NCBI GenBank assembly: GCA_002633005.1
Contig: NMRA01000065.1
Coordinates: 1,097,276 to 1,161,275, forward strand
Direction of reading: 5' to 3'
Origin: Phoronis australis
Lineage: Eukaryota > Animalia > Phoronida
Length of the DNA: 64,000 nt
Position numbers and translations under genes: made by a program. A model generated the notes under the pieces. It was not told the DNA's origin. It worked only from the letters and a program-made list of their open reading frames with translations, and did not search any database. Below are positions 1-13,559 of the stretch, piece after piece (the stretch's first letter is position 1; the number at the start of each line of letters is the position of its first letter).

Positions 1-2314
1 GTAAAAACAACTCCACAACGTTAGAAAACTCAATTACCTCCATTGTGGTCGACATCTCGAATAATGCACTGAACACCAAAGTTCAAGCTTAGAACTGCAC
101 GCGCTACTGCTAGATATAATGTAACACTTACCGGACACACGTGAGGTCTTCACTTTGCCGACGACGCCAAACATCAACTTGAAGTCTTGTTCTGCAGTCT
201 TGGGAAACGATTCTTTGGCGAAATAAAAGCTGCCTGATCCACACGTTTTTATGGTGTTTTTCTGATAACTAAGTCAGATTCTTCAATTTCGTTATAAGTC
301 TGAGAAAACTGTACTTCAAATCAAAACACAATGTTGCAGAAGCTTCTACGCTGAAAATTTGGGGGGGGGGGGCACGGGCCCCCCCGCTTCCTACGGCCCT
401 GATACATTAACGGCCTCCTCAGAGGCATCTCTCTACACGGTACTTCTAAACTTATAGGAACATGATTTATGGTTTAACCAGTGTGTTATGTTCGTAGAAC
501 CAGTAAAACAACACAGATGAGAGTAAAATTTAATACGTCTATTCACTTGGAGAACTAATACAAGAAGGGGACGAGCACGTGGCCTGTGGGCATAAATACC
601 ACGTGACTATATTCTAAGGAAAACCACAAGTAGCATTGCCAATACACAACACAGTGTGATGCATAATTGGCCGACAAGCATCCGCATATGAAGTACCTAT
701 GTTATGAATACCGTCTCTACTGGGTCAGCGGTATTGTCTAAGGCCTAAGGCAGACAAGGGGCTGAACAAGTTAAAAAACAACTGGTGGTAACATTTAAAC
801 ACACTTGGAAAACACCAAGATGTACCTTTCAAAAATACGTACCTGTTTTTCAAAGCTATAAAGTTGTTACTTCTTTCTCTTTCTTGAAATGTGGTCCATA
901 ATATACTTTTCCTGCTAACAAATAATGCACTCGTGTTTCAGAATGTTCCTATCTTGTTCAGGTTAATTGGGTGTTTCAGATTTTGAATTAAGTCTAATTG
1001 ATTTTCTTGAGAAATTTTGGGCAACGTCTGTATCACTTTCAGCAGCTTCAGCTTTAGTACTACTGCTGGTGTCTTGAAACGTTGCTATGCCTTTCTATGT
1101 CCTTTCAATTTTTGGTCTAACACTTGGTCATTTGTAGCAGTATACTGTGTATAGGCTATAACAGGACATGCAGCTGTTTTCTGCACAAACGTTTGTGACA
1201 CCTCTTCTTCTTTTTGGTCTACTGATCTACAGAGTTCCACAGTCCATCAGCTTTCGTCGGGATGCTTCTCTAAGCTTCTTCAGGTTCTGGCATCACAATT
1301 TTGTGCTGTTTGATAAACCTTGAATTATACAGGCACCACACTCCATGGGAGCAGCCATACTGAAGTAACTAAGCACAACAATACAATCTGGCTCTCTGAT
1401 TGGTCAATTCAATAAAAAAGCGCCACCAAGTGGCAGGAATGTGCATGATATTTTGTGCAAGAAAAACACCTTTTTTAAAAATGTGCAAGTGTTGATGTGG
1501 GAACTTTTTGGAATTTGATTTATATGTATATTATCTAGCCACATAGAAAAAACTAGGTTGCCCCCCAAAGTACTCACAAGGATGAACGCTATGAGATCTG
1601 CCCCACCGACTAATATCTTTGACTGGTTGTTATGCTACAACTGAAACTAGGCTAAACGTTGAGCTCATTTACCTCTTCATTCAGTAAATCTGACGACATA
1701 ACAGCATCTTCAGCAGAAATAGCATCGTCATAAACATTGCTGCAGACAACCTCGAAAAAATCAACCAATCTGCGATTCACTTAACATCACAGGTAAACAC
1801 TTTCCCAGTGGGTTCTCGAAATGTTTTCTCCATTTTGGCACTTCTGAGGGTGAACATTTTTACCTGACTTATCACCTTAATCGAATATGTTCGTCAGAAA
1901 GTTCTTAACCTTTACTGAAAATCTTGTTGACCTTTTACCTTTTTTCAATGCCTAACCTATTACTTCAGCATTCGTCTCATACACATAGTACTCTGAGGCT
2001 GCCTCAAATGGCGCTCCGGTTCTTGCATCTGAAAGCATTTCTGACCACTGTCGTGCGATATGGTCAAACGTGGTTTCCCTCTGTAAATGTTCGGTGTGGT
2101 TACCCGCATCCAAATGCTGGCCTAGTTCTGTGTCTGTAGCAAAAAAATTCGAGTAACCTTGCTGGGTACAAGGGAACTTTTGTTAAGGCTCTTCACTAGA
2201 TACAATGCCAACCGTAACTCTTGGTGTTGAAAATCCGCCATGTCTAGAGATGTTAGTGTAGTTTAGAGAAATAGGTTTCCCATTTTCTCAGTATTTGTAA
2301 GAACTTACCGTCAC

Positions 2315-2680
2315 CTACATGGAATGATTTCCACAGGCGAATTCCTTGGGTGGAGTGGTGGGAATTTGGGAATGTGCTAATACCAGGAACTGAGTATTTG
2401 CATTGACTGAACATGCATACACATAACGTCCCTTCACACGGCCACTGGAAAGTAATGCTTCTTTTAAATCCAGAAAGTTTATGATATTGTTACCTTCGGC
2501 TACAAAGTACTTCGCATGTTGTTTGAATGGAGCGATCTTGCGATCACAGAGATCCTTTCCATTCCGACTTTCACTAAAGTCATATCTCGAAGCAGAAATG
2601 CCAGTAGAATTTGATAAGGCTGCTACGTTTAGGAGGAGAGGAGCAGAGTGGTACCATCCAGCATTACCTGACTCTTCCAT
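2315..2680 (-). mobile_element. Degenerate DNA-transposase fragment (Sola3-like)
   Basis: The SGNAGWYH...YDFSESRNGKDLCDRKIA...EGNNI motifs resemble the SDNAGCYH / GKxxCDR blocks I associate with Sola-type DDD transposases. Family assignment is from memory and was not searched. Confidence 0.5.
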
Positions 2681-3057
2681 GCCGGTGAGGTACTTTCCTG
2701 TTTCTCAAATGTTTAGTGGTGTCTTTGACATAACTCACTAAAGCACAAAGCTTTTGTGGTCGCATTTTTTCAGAATAAACTGTAAAGGAACATGAAGGCC
2801 CATCGACATCGTCCGCATTTTTGTCTTTTTAAAATGCACTTGCTTCTCTCAAAACCAGTCTTTACAAATATCAATTCTTACTCGTTTAAACTTAAAGGCA
2901 TTTATTTTCATTTTAAAGTTCTACAGAGTGTTTAAATTAACCTGATAATGTAAAAGGCAAATAAATTTAAAAATCCGATGAAAGACACTTGTGTAGACAC
3001 TACGAAAGTTTGTTGTGCAAACTAATTAAAGCAAAGAACAGATTACTTTTCAATGAA

Positions 3058-3123
3058 ACATATATGTATATATGTATGTATGTATGTATGAATGTATGCA
3101 TGTATGTATGTATGTATGTATGT
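3058..3123. repeat. (TATG)n microsatellite
   Basis: Directly visible imperfect TATG run. Confidence 0.95.
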
Positions 3124-4863
3124 GTAGTCGGTCAGGAAATTTTCATGCATCCAAGCGATTGTCATCACTTTTGGTATACCCTGTATTTTCATGTTCCACA
3201 TAGGTTTGCAAATCGTGCCTCGCTGTTTGCTTGTAACCCGTTTCCCGTATCGTAGACGCTATATACATGTACTCGGAATCTGGCCATCTGACAGAAGTCG
3301 TCGCGAGATATCGCCATGTATTACAAGAAATGCACATGATCCCACAATTTTCTCGTGAGATTCGTTAGTCTACTTAGGCCCGCATCGAGCTATTTGCTAA
3401 GCTATTTTTTCACTTGCGGCAGGCAGCTGAACTTGCAACTCTCCGTCTTCCCCGTCTTAATTCAAAGCACAGGAACGCACATATGCAGGTTAACTGCTTT
3501 CTGTCATCTATCGATTCACAGGTACAACAAGGTATCATTAGCATATTCTGTTGGATAACGAATCGCTTATTCTGCCGACGAGTCGCATGACGCGCGTGTG
3601 TGCTGTAATGAAGATCTTGGTTATTTTGTAATTTCATCTTAAGCTGGAGTACAGCAGGTGGAAAAAATTTTGCACATCGCTTGCGATTGTGTGTGGCGGA
3701 TTCATACCAGGTATGACTGTCTTGAGAGAGGTAACCAGGGAAGATTGCTAGTGTCACTGTCACTAATTAAAGAAGGTAAGAGCAGAATTGCTTTGCATGA
3801 GAAAAGAAATTCAACCCATGGCAACAGAGATAGTTTTGTAATAAAAGAATGTTTATGACATTAACGGCCTTCGGCAAGGGAGAAGGATTTTGCAGCTCAC
3901 TCTTTCAAATTAATAGAATTTTAGTGAAGCACTCCACATGTACACCACTGTGGTCATGTAATGTCGTAAATCTTTTTGTTCAACCTAATTTCCAGGTATG
4001 ATGTAGCTAAAGCTCGGAGAATGACATTGGTTGTTGAAACTTCGCTAGAACAGAATCCGACAGTGCGGAAAGCCGACCCAGAGGTGTGTCCATTTGAGCT
4101 CTTATAAGGGAGTCAAAATCGAGATGTATTAGATCTTCGAGGAACCGACCAAAACTGATTTAAAATCAAAACTCGTACAGTAATAAGCACTGAACGACCC
4201 ATGACAGACAAATTGCACTCTGACTCTGGATAGATCCTGCCAGTAAACCATAAAAGACACCCCCAAAATTCGAGGAACCACAAAAACAATTCCACAATCA
4301 TGCAACTGATAACTAACTGACTGATGACAGACAAAATACAGCATTTGTTGAGCCCACCAGAAATACCCAAAAATTTTGCTCACGGAATGCCGTTGAAAAC
4401 GTGAGGCAAACTAGCTTTCGAAGCCCTGGCCAAAAAGGAATGATCTTGCCTCAGTGAGCATCAAATAACCCATGACGCAAAACTTGTCTTTTTTAACCGC
4501 CAGAAAACCCAAAATAATGCCCCAAAAATTGAGCTACCTCAAATATTGGAGGTACCGCAATACCATTTCTATGTGATTCAGTATTTATCACTGATCACTT
4601 CATGACTCTCGATAGAAAATCAGTTCCAAACTCCCAACATCTCATACTGAATACTCCCGGCCTTCTAAGCAAAAATTGTTTTAAAATGAACCATCATGCA
4701 ACAATGAGCACCGAGTCACCTTAGCAGAATAATTAAAGCACAGAAAACGCCCAACAGAGAATAAAGAAGAACATCACCAAACAGAGCTTAGCTTGCTCAT
4801 TACTTCTCTATAATGTTGTTATAAATCGGATAGGCGATAGCTTCTAATACTAGTTGAGTTCAG

Positions 4864-5239
4864 TGCCCAGTTGCATGAAACAGTCCCAAATAGGGACTCA
4901 ACTAAGTCCCCTAAATCTTCTGCGTAGTTGTGCCCTTTCTTAGTGCTGTTTGTGTCTTTACCAAGTCAACTTTTGACTCTGCTACAAATCGAGAGGAAAC
5001 TATAAGTTGAATTCTCAATAGTACTCAAAATAAGCAGGGATCTTTCCTTAATTTAAGTCCCTAATTATTAAGACTTAATTAAGGGCCCAGGTTTTATCAT
5101 ATTAGAAAATGAGGTGCTCTTAATTAAGATAAAATGATAGAAAAATATAACATCTGTGAGTAAAGGACGAAACAAATACACAAAAGATTTAGGGAACCTA
5201 GACGAGTCCCTATTTGGGACTGTTTCATGCAACAGGGCA
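4864..5239. mobile_element. MITE, PIF/Harbinger-type
   Basis: About 75-bp imperfect terminal inverted repeats (TGCCCAGTTGCATGAAACAGTCCCAAATAGGGACTC.. / ..GAGTCCCTATTTGGGACTGTTTCATGCAACAGGGCA) flanked by a 3-bp CAG duplication (4861-63 and 5240-42). Confidence 0.8.
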
Positions 5240-5959
5240 CAGACGTTTTATTTTTCTGGAGAGCCGGCATCCAGTCTTCTACGGAGGTCAATGTTATACT
5301 TGAACGACTTAGGATTTACCACTAGCGCCACAGGTGTCAATTTGCACGACTGAGTGGCAGCCGTGGATGGTGTAAGTAACTACATAATGGGAATTCAATT
5401 GATAGGCACCAAAACCGCTAATGCTTAATATCGGAGGGACGTTATCAACTATATAACGGGAATTACATTGATGTTCACGCTCCTGGTGTCGGTTAGGATA
5501 ATAGGAGGGCTAGAGCCCGAGGCAAACTATCGTCGACAGTAGTTTCAGTCTATCTATTATATAAAATACATCGTTTGCACAAACTCCGTCTTCCGCGCTC
5601 CATAGCAAATTTTCTAAATACATTAACCACTAAGTTTCGTAAAAAACGCGCGTATTGATATACTCGGTGGATATACAAACGCTGATCACAGTTTACAATA
5701 TCACATGGATTCATTTTTTAATATTCTTTCAATCTCGTTTAACCAGATTTTTGACCTGGAAACAGTTGTATCAGGAAGAGAATCTCTTCCTGGTTGTACT
5801 TAAATTGAGAACACCCCATTAAGAAAATTATAAGGGATAGACCTAATGTTAAAGTTTGTAAGCAGGATGATTACCTCGATGTTATTATTTATTATCGGAA
5901 TAGGAAGTCCTCCAACTTGGTCATGAAAAATAACATTTCTAAAGCGAAAGTCCGCCCTG

Positions 5960-6230
5960 TTGCACAATGTTACATTGGTCAAACGGTTTGCAGTCTTTCC
6001 CGTCGGTTATCCATGCATCTTCAAAATGGCGCCATCCAAGATCATTTTCTGCAATGTCACGAACGTAAAATCACCCGTCAAGAAATTGCGGAAAACACGT
6101 CAATTCGCTACGTGGAGCAAGATGTGCTGCGTTTTAAAGTATTGGAGTCCCTTTTAATTGCTTTTGAGAAGCCTGTTTTGAATGAGCAGCAAACAGGGTC
6201 GCGCCGCACGTTACCCTTGTTTGCGTGGCT
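5960..6230 (+). mobile_element. Penelope-like retroelement remnant, GIY-YIG endonuclease C-terminal part
   Basis: CYIGQT..LSRRLSMH..GAIQDH..LESLLI..KPVLNEQ matches the PLE GIY-YIG pattern. 5'-truncated, no RT domain. Confidence 0.85.
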
Positions 6231-6730
6231 TTCCTGTTACCCCCCTTCCTTAGTCATTCTTTGCAGTATTTCACACCCACCGTGTCTCATTGTATGTGTC
6301 ATTAGCTTATGCTCTGTGGTGGCATTACTGAGTTATTTTATCTTCACTTTAGAATGAAACAAGTATATTTCGAAATGTCGTGTGTCTTTTAATTATGTCG
6401 CAAGGTCAGTTACTGTATCTATGTTCAGTTGAGAGTAGAGTTTTGTTCCGAAAGTACGAACGCAACGGAATAAAGACTGTGAACAATGAAAAGTGTCGTG
6501 CATTTAACAAATTCTACATGCATATACAATTTTTATGCAAGTTTCCATAGGAAGTTCTTCTTGTAAATTTGCGAAACACAGTAGTTAGTAACTGCATAGC
6601 AGCCCTACATGTAATAAAACTCTTATTTTTATGTTGTGTGACACTGTGCATTTTGGTATCTGGCCATTTTGGACAGCTGTTATTAAAATCTCTTGGTCTA
6701 TTTACACCGACCTCTCGTCTATTTACACTG

Positions 6731-6775
6731 TCACGACGTTTCGGTCGGTCTATTCTCCGGCCATCGTCAGGTGTT
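6731..6775 (-). ncRNA. Minimal type I hammerhead ribozyme motif (PLE-associated)
   Basis: The minus strand reads CAC-CTGACGA-TGGCCGG-AGAATAGA-CCGACC-GAAA-C-GTC-GTG: conserved core boxes, stem II, a GTC cleavage triplet and a short stem I. It lies about 500 bp from the Penelope fragment. Confidence 0.6.
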
Positions 6776-6835
6776 CCTGCGTTCTTAGAAGAACGAGCAC
6801 GAATACGTGGTACACTCGTCATGGTGCGACTTTTT

Positions 6836-6917
6836 GTCCAAGGCAGGATTTGAACCCACGACTTCTGAAACTACAAATAATTTGAGTCAAGCACCTTAAC
6901 CACTACACCACGGAGTC
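6836..6917 (-). pseudogene. tRNA-derived sequence (SINE head or tRNA pseudogene)
   Basis: The minus strand has an A box (TGGTGTAGTGG) and a B box (GGTTCAAATCC), but the acceptor stem does not pair. Confidence 0.65.
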
Positions 6918-7334
6918 ATCCATTTACTTAATTAGAGGGAATTTTATTATACTTAAACCTTCCTAAGTAGACTGAGTCGGATTTCACTTGGTTGTTCTCT
7001 TGGTCCAACCTGTTTCACTGTCAAGTATTCGGATGTTGGATATTGTGTTATTTCGACCACATGTGTTCTGCCACTCCTGATGAGGTATTACCCTCTCTAC
7101 AACACCTCTTATATTCTCGTCTCCAGTGGTCTTAATGTTTCTCCGATATATGATTCTTCACATTCACATGGGATTTCATAGATGGCATTTTCTTTTCCCC
7201 CATGTCAGTTCTTGGTTTGACTTTTGTCAGTCGCCGACCCAGCGAGCTATGTCAGAATCTTACATGGATGTCAACCAACTAGTTAGGTGTACACCTTACT
7301 TGGATGACAACCAACAAGCACACGTCACCTTGTG

Positions 7335-8290
7335 GTTGGTTGACATCCTACATAGCTTCGTAAAGCTATAAAGGGATAGATAGTTGGTTAGTTGGTTGAC
7401 ACCCAACATACAATAACTGCTCCACCTGGTGTACAAACGATCACCTGACAGATACAGCTAAGATGTATTTAGTTGGATGACATCCAACAGCTCCCTCACC
7501 TGGTGGTCAATTACGAAGTTATACAAAGGGACAGATAGTTGGTTAGTTGGTTCAGATCCAACATCCAGTAGCTGCCCCAACCTGGTGGTCAAATAATGAA
7601 GCTAGGCAAAGGTACATATAGTTGGTTAGTTGGTTGACATCCAACATCCAATAGCTGCTCCACCTTGTGGTCAAATTATGAAGGTATGGACAGATAAATG
7701 GTAGTTAGTTGGTTGACATCCAACATCCAATAGTTCCTCCACCTGGTGTCAAACGATCACTGGCAGATACAGGTAAGATATAGTTAGTTGGTTGACATCC
7801 AACATCTAATAGCTGCCCCACCTGGTAGTCAAATTATGAAGCTATACAAAGGGACAGATAATTGGTTAGTTGGTTGACACCCAACATCCAATAACTGCTC
7901 CACCTGGTGGTCAAACGATCACTGGCAGATACAGGTAAGATGTATTAGTTGGTTGACATCCAACATCCAATACCTGCTCCGCTTGGTGGTCAAACGATCA
8001 CTGGCAGATACAGGTAAGATGTATTAGTTGGTTGACATCCAACATCCAATAGCTGCTCCACTTGGTGGTCAAACGATCACTTGAAGATACAGGTAAGATG
8101 TAGTTGGTTAGTTGACATCCAACATCCAATAGCTGCCCCACCTGGTGATCAAATTATGAAGCTATACAGAGGGACAGATAATTGGTTCACATCCAACATC
8201 CAATAGCTGCCCCACCTGGTGGTCAAATCATGAAGCTATACAAAGGGACAGATAGTTGGTTAGTTTGTTGACATCCAACATCCAATAGCA
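7335..8290. repeat. Minisatellite, about 60-65-bp unit, about 15 copies, two unit subtypes
   Basis: Shared core GTTAGTTGGTTGACATCCAACATCCAATAGCTGCYCCACCTGGTGGTCAAA followed by either CGATCACTGGCAGATACAGGTAAGAT or TTATGAAGCTATACAAAGGGACAGATA. Confidence 0.95.
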
Positions 8291-11200
8291 AATTTTAATT
8301 TAATTGCTAAGAAATTAATATAGTTTTAAAGGAAAAGAAATTTATTTGAAAAGTAAAACATGTTCAAAAAGAAAATCTTAGAAAACAATTTTGAAACTAT
8401 TTTGTATTTAAGTTGGAAATATTGAAAATAACAGGTGTTCTTGAAAACATCAGACATAAAACAATTAAAAAAATTTGAAAGTGAAACATTTGCAAAACCA
8501 AAATAAATCACTATCAAATATAAAATATTATTCTTTTTGTCTCCATTTTCAAATGATTTTAAAATGAAAAGCAGCCTTGGCTGCTACAGTTGATGAGCTC
8601 ATGTGGAGAATTTCTTACTTACACTGCTCACTGCTCAGATTCCCTTAGCCCCAGACAACTTTTAAGATGCCTATTCAGCACGCCCTTTGTATTGATGTAG
8701 ATCTGAACTAGTGAAGTGGAAAGGTAATAGCTAGCACTGATGTCTCAACAATGATTCTTGTTAATTTACCCAAGTTGGTTTCCTCTGGCAATAGTGGAGT
8801 TGCAGCTGTGACTGTTTAAGGATTGCAAGTGTGGAGAGTAGTTTAAACTTGTTATATTAAATATCACAAAACGGCACAATTTAAATACAACTGTGTCCAA
8901 GTTAAAAATCGGGTTAAACGAATTTGAAAGAATATTAAAAGAATAATCCATGTGATATCGCCAACTTTGATCAGTGTTTGTAAATCCACAGAGTATATCG
9001 ATACCCACTGTCGTTTAGCTTCAATCGTATCCAATGTTAGTAGTTCTTATCTTATTAGTTCATCGATTTTTAAAAATCAAAAATCGTTGTTTTTTCCAAC
9101 TGACTACCGCCGTGGTGTTTGTCTTTCACGAAAGTTATTTGTTAATGCATTTTGAAAACTCGCCATTTTTTACAGGCAGAGATGTTTAGTACAGTTTAGG
9201 GTTCGGGTAATTACACTTAATTGGGTCTTTCTCTTATGTGTGGGACAATGAGGTCATCACAACTGTAGCGTTCATTCACTGTTAATTATTACATGTACAT
9301 GACTGTAGGTCTATTTGTGTCCATATACAATCATTCATTGATAGTTTGAGCTGTCTAAGTGCCACAATGTTTGTACACAGAAAGTTAATGAGCCTGTAGT
9401 AATATGGCCCCACACAATAGTCGAGGTTGGTAGGGTCAGTGAGCTGTATGTGGGCCAACAAAGGATTAATTTGGACTAAGAACACTCATAATAGAATAAG
9501 TGATCACACTGATACCAAGGACACAGCAGTGACAAAAGATTAAAGTGAATTCTTATAACAACAAATACAGATCTTTTACAACACTGGATGGAGACTGCAG
9601 TGATATGAAATGTGTTGTTATAAAATTGGTGCATATATATTAGTGCATGAAGAATGGCTTCAGAAAAACATGTCAAGATAAACAGAGCATTTGATTATTG
9701 TTTTTTGAGGCGCCGCTTGTGTTCGCAGTTGAATTGTACATGCATTTTGCAGCCCCTTAGGAAGGTAAAAATTATCGGGGGGGGGGGCACAAGCCATTTC
9801 GACGTCGCCAAATAATTGCCCCCCTCGCCCCCGTCCTGCCGATGCCACCATATTTGTACCGAATCTCCCACGTGGGGAGGCACAGTGGCGCATTCAGGTT
9901 GCCAAGAGGCCATGACCCTCCTAAAATTCTCCCAGATTCCATTTGGCAGTTTGGAGGCGCCAATTTATGACTGGTAAAACCCTGGCTAATAATCTGTCCT
10001 GCCCTCCCCAACTCAAAATCCTGGATCTGCCTCTGGGGCAATCCCGGGGATCCAGCCATTAAGAGTTGAGTAACCGTGAACCAACATGGAGAGTAAGAAT
10101 GGGCCTAGGACCAGTACACTGACTTGTAGCGAGGAGCTTAGCTATAGCTGAGATGTAAGTGTGACAATACGAAATTCTCGATGAACTAAACCTAGTGGCT
10201 GGTCAGCTCAACTATGATTCACTTGAGACAGGCAGCTCTTACCGGCCGTCTGCGTTCGTTCTAAGGTCAAGCTTGCGACTTTCCAAATCTTACAGTGTTG
10301 TATGAAAAATATCATATATTTTTGGTTTTATATGTGACTGTCCTGTTAACAAAGAAGATGCTTACTGTGAGTTAGCTCTGGAGTGTGTCTGAAAAAACGT
10401 TATTTTTGAGAAATCTTCAATTGGTTTTGATGCAGGGTGTTGAATGCGGAGGACAGTGTCAAGGTGAAAGATTCATTGGCAACTACAGGCTAAGGCAAAA
10501 CCACTGGTGGCCAGATATCCGTGGACGTTATATAGCCGCTTGTAACCTAATAACGTCACTTTTTGAAGTGGGTATGGCTAGCTAGTGTTATCATTTTGCT
10601 ATATGTATACAGTTTGTTGTGGCTGACACAAGTGAAAAATGGAGGACTTTCATGTAGCAATGGGGGCTGACTACATGGAACAAGCTACCAGTGAGAAGAT
10701 ACTTCATCTGTGCAGTGGGAGGCACAAAGGAACATAGCCTTGAATAAGTGTGTGTGAGTAGCAGTGAGAAGTTAAAGGAAGTGAATTCAAATTACTTCCC
10801 AGTCCTCCACAGGGCAAAGGTATCCTGTTCCAGGTGATCAGCCGTTACTTGACCATATAAATGCCTCCTGTAGGAAGCATGATCAGATTTTCATCCACTA
10901 CAGAGGTCACGTGAAACATGTGAGGATGATAAAGGCTGCTTTCAGTATAAAGTCCATAAGTACACGAAAAGTATTGTATTGTAGCTCGTGTTTTTCCATG
11001 ACTTCTCACCAGACATATAATATACAGCATGTAAACTTTCAACAGTCTCTCTAGTTCAAAGTATAGTTTCATGCACATTGGGTTCTAATTGCTCTGTGTC
11101 TTTGTGGTGCTTTCAGAGATATCCAAATGTGGTAACTGATCTAAGTGCTAATGGATTGGCTCCAGTATGACACTCCTATGTTAACTGTTTAAAACACATG

Positions 11201-13314
11201 TAACTCCTCAGTCTGTATATACAATGTTGGACCACTTTAAAGTAAAAAGTGATATTTAATGCGGCTAGAATCTGGTTTAACACTCATCGTCCAGTTAATT
11301 TATACAAAGTAGCATGGAAAACACGTGATATCTAAATGTGTTAACAGATCTAAATACCAGTGAATTGGCTCAAGCATGACGCTCCTGATGTTAACCATTC
11401 AAAATACAGGTGACCTTGGCACCTCCCTTAACTCATCATCACAGACCCTATAAATAACTCGTCATTCTGCAAAAACAATGTTGGAACAAATTAAAGTAAA
11501 AGATGATGTTTACTGTGACTGCAATCTGGTTTAACACTGGTCATCCAGTTAATTGGTACAACGTAGCATGGGAAAATGAGATATCTAAATGTGTTCTTTG
11601 ATCTAAATGCCATTAAATTGGTTCAAGTATGACATTTCCAAAGTTAACCTTTCGAAATACATGGCCCCTTCCTCAACTTTTCATCACATATACTAGCTGC
11701 AAATCGCCAGTCTGCCTAAGTCACCACCTTTCCTTAAGCGTGTACATAAGTCAACACTCAGATAAGGCCTCGCTTTTTAGTTAAGTGAGGTTGAATGTAA
11801 TATGAATTTGAAAGATGAAAACTGAAATACCAGCGTCTTTGAATAAATTGGACAACCAGAACACTGAGTAAATGTCCGAAATTTTACTGACAAAATAACA
11901 ACAAGTGTTGCTATATTCTGTTTTGCATTTAGGCTACCTCAGTTTCTACAATATCACATCAATAACAACTGGTTAAATCACTCAGGCAACCCCACAGATT
12001 GTACAATGTTTGGGCGAAGAGGAAATCTGGAATAGAGAGAAGTTTTCAATTCAAACTTTTTTGCATAGTACACTTTAGGTCTCGCGAGGGACCAGGCCAG
12101 CTTGATTTTTGTAGATCGTGAGTTTCAGTGTACTTCTGGTTCCTCGGCGAACTAGTCTTGTGATGTTTTTTTACCAAAGTGTGCTTTGTAAAATTATCTA
12201 TCTCAGCCAGTACTGTTTGGTCCCGCCACAGATCAACTATGTTTATAGGGATAATAAGCACAGGTGTACTTTTGGTCTCGTGACGGACCAGTCCTTTTTG
12301 TGTACTCTCGGTGTACATCTGGTCCCTCTGCGAACTGGTCCTGTTTATATTTTCACCACGATGTACAGAATGTTTTGGTTTCTTGAAACTGTTTTCAGCT
12401 GATTCGTTTCCAGATACATCTGATGTTTTTCAATTGTGGTCAACGTGATTCAGCTTAATGAATTGATACCTAATTGTTTATTGTCGCTTTTAATAATATA
12501 CTATGAGCTGAGAGCACCATCGTTTGCCAGTTTTTCTCATAATTAGACAGAACAAATGTTTATTTCCAGACTAACAGTACAGGCCTTCGTTCTTAAACAA
12601 CTTGAGGCTGCTGTTACGCGATCATCTGATATTCAATGCTTTACTCCCCGTCGGGTGCTCCTTATGCTCTTGAATATTTGGTAGTTGTCTAACCCACCAC
12701 ACACACCACACTTTTTCATATACGACTTTTCGTATGCTAAAAAGGTGTGTATAAGCAGATGTTCCAACAAAAATTTTTGCTGGTGGCGTGATTCATACCC
12801 AGATGTGCACAAATATGGTTCCACGAAACTTGTGAGCCACGTTCATGCGACGAAATCGAGAAGGGTTTTAAATTATCTTAAGAAAAACTCAAGAGACATG
12901 TTATTAGTGCCAGAAACTTACCAGGATGCATGGAAATTTCACTATTTGGCTACACAAACAAAAAAATGGTCTTACACGGAGGGGGGGAAACCCCCCTCCC
13001 GACCTCCCCCCTCTCNGGGGGAAACCCCCCTCCCGACCTCCCCCTCTCGGCGCCACGTGCCTCGGATTCGACCTTTGCGGGAATCCTAAACCCCCCCCTT
13101 ACTGAAAACGTAGATCCGCCCCTGTACAGCATAACCTAAGTCAGTCTACAAAGAGAACAGCTGCATTTGGGGCTGGTCCAAGTCCGAATCAGTCCACAGA
13201 AAATAGTGAAGGACTCTGTTGTGCGCAACACATTCAGTAGACTGTTGCAGACCCGAGCCGCCTCGAAGCGAAAAGATTTTTTACCATATTTGACAGATTT
13301 AACAAGAGGAATAT

Positions 13315-13480
13315 CTAAAAAGTTGCTGTAGCAAAGGAGTAATTGTTTTCTTGATTCTTTAAAAGTGAAAGAAGCATCTTGGGTGATTCACCATCAAGGA
13401 TTTTAAATACTTCTATTGCAATAAGTCGAAGTCTGTGAAGATGAAGGGGTGGTTCGTTAGATTGTGTGTCCCCATTATAA
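13315..13480 (-). mobile_element. Short CR1/L2-like LINE 3' fragment
   Basis: PPLHLHRLRLIAIEVFKILDGESP resembles the post-RT C-terminus of CR1-group elements. Confidence 0.45.
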
Positions 13481-13559
13481 AGGAAGCTAGAATAATGTAG
13501 GCCCAAGCCTGTTGATGTTGAGTTCATTAACTAAATAAACAAGTCATGGAATGAGCAAA

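Noticed and set aside
7335-8290. CRISPR-like array (constant core with variable intervening sequence)
   Set aside because: The apparent spacers are only two recurring sequences, there are no cas genes, and the context is a spliced eukaryotic locus. It is a minisatellite.
12978-13125. G/C-run stretches here and at about 360-400 and 9775-10035 as G-quadruplex or regulatory islands
   Set aside because: They look like ends of common short DNA-transposon-derived repeats (..GATCCGCCCCTG, ..CTACGGCCCTG). I could not pair their termini, so I left them unannotated.
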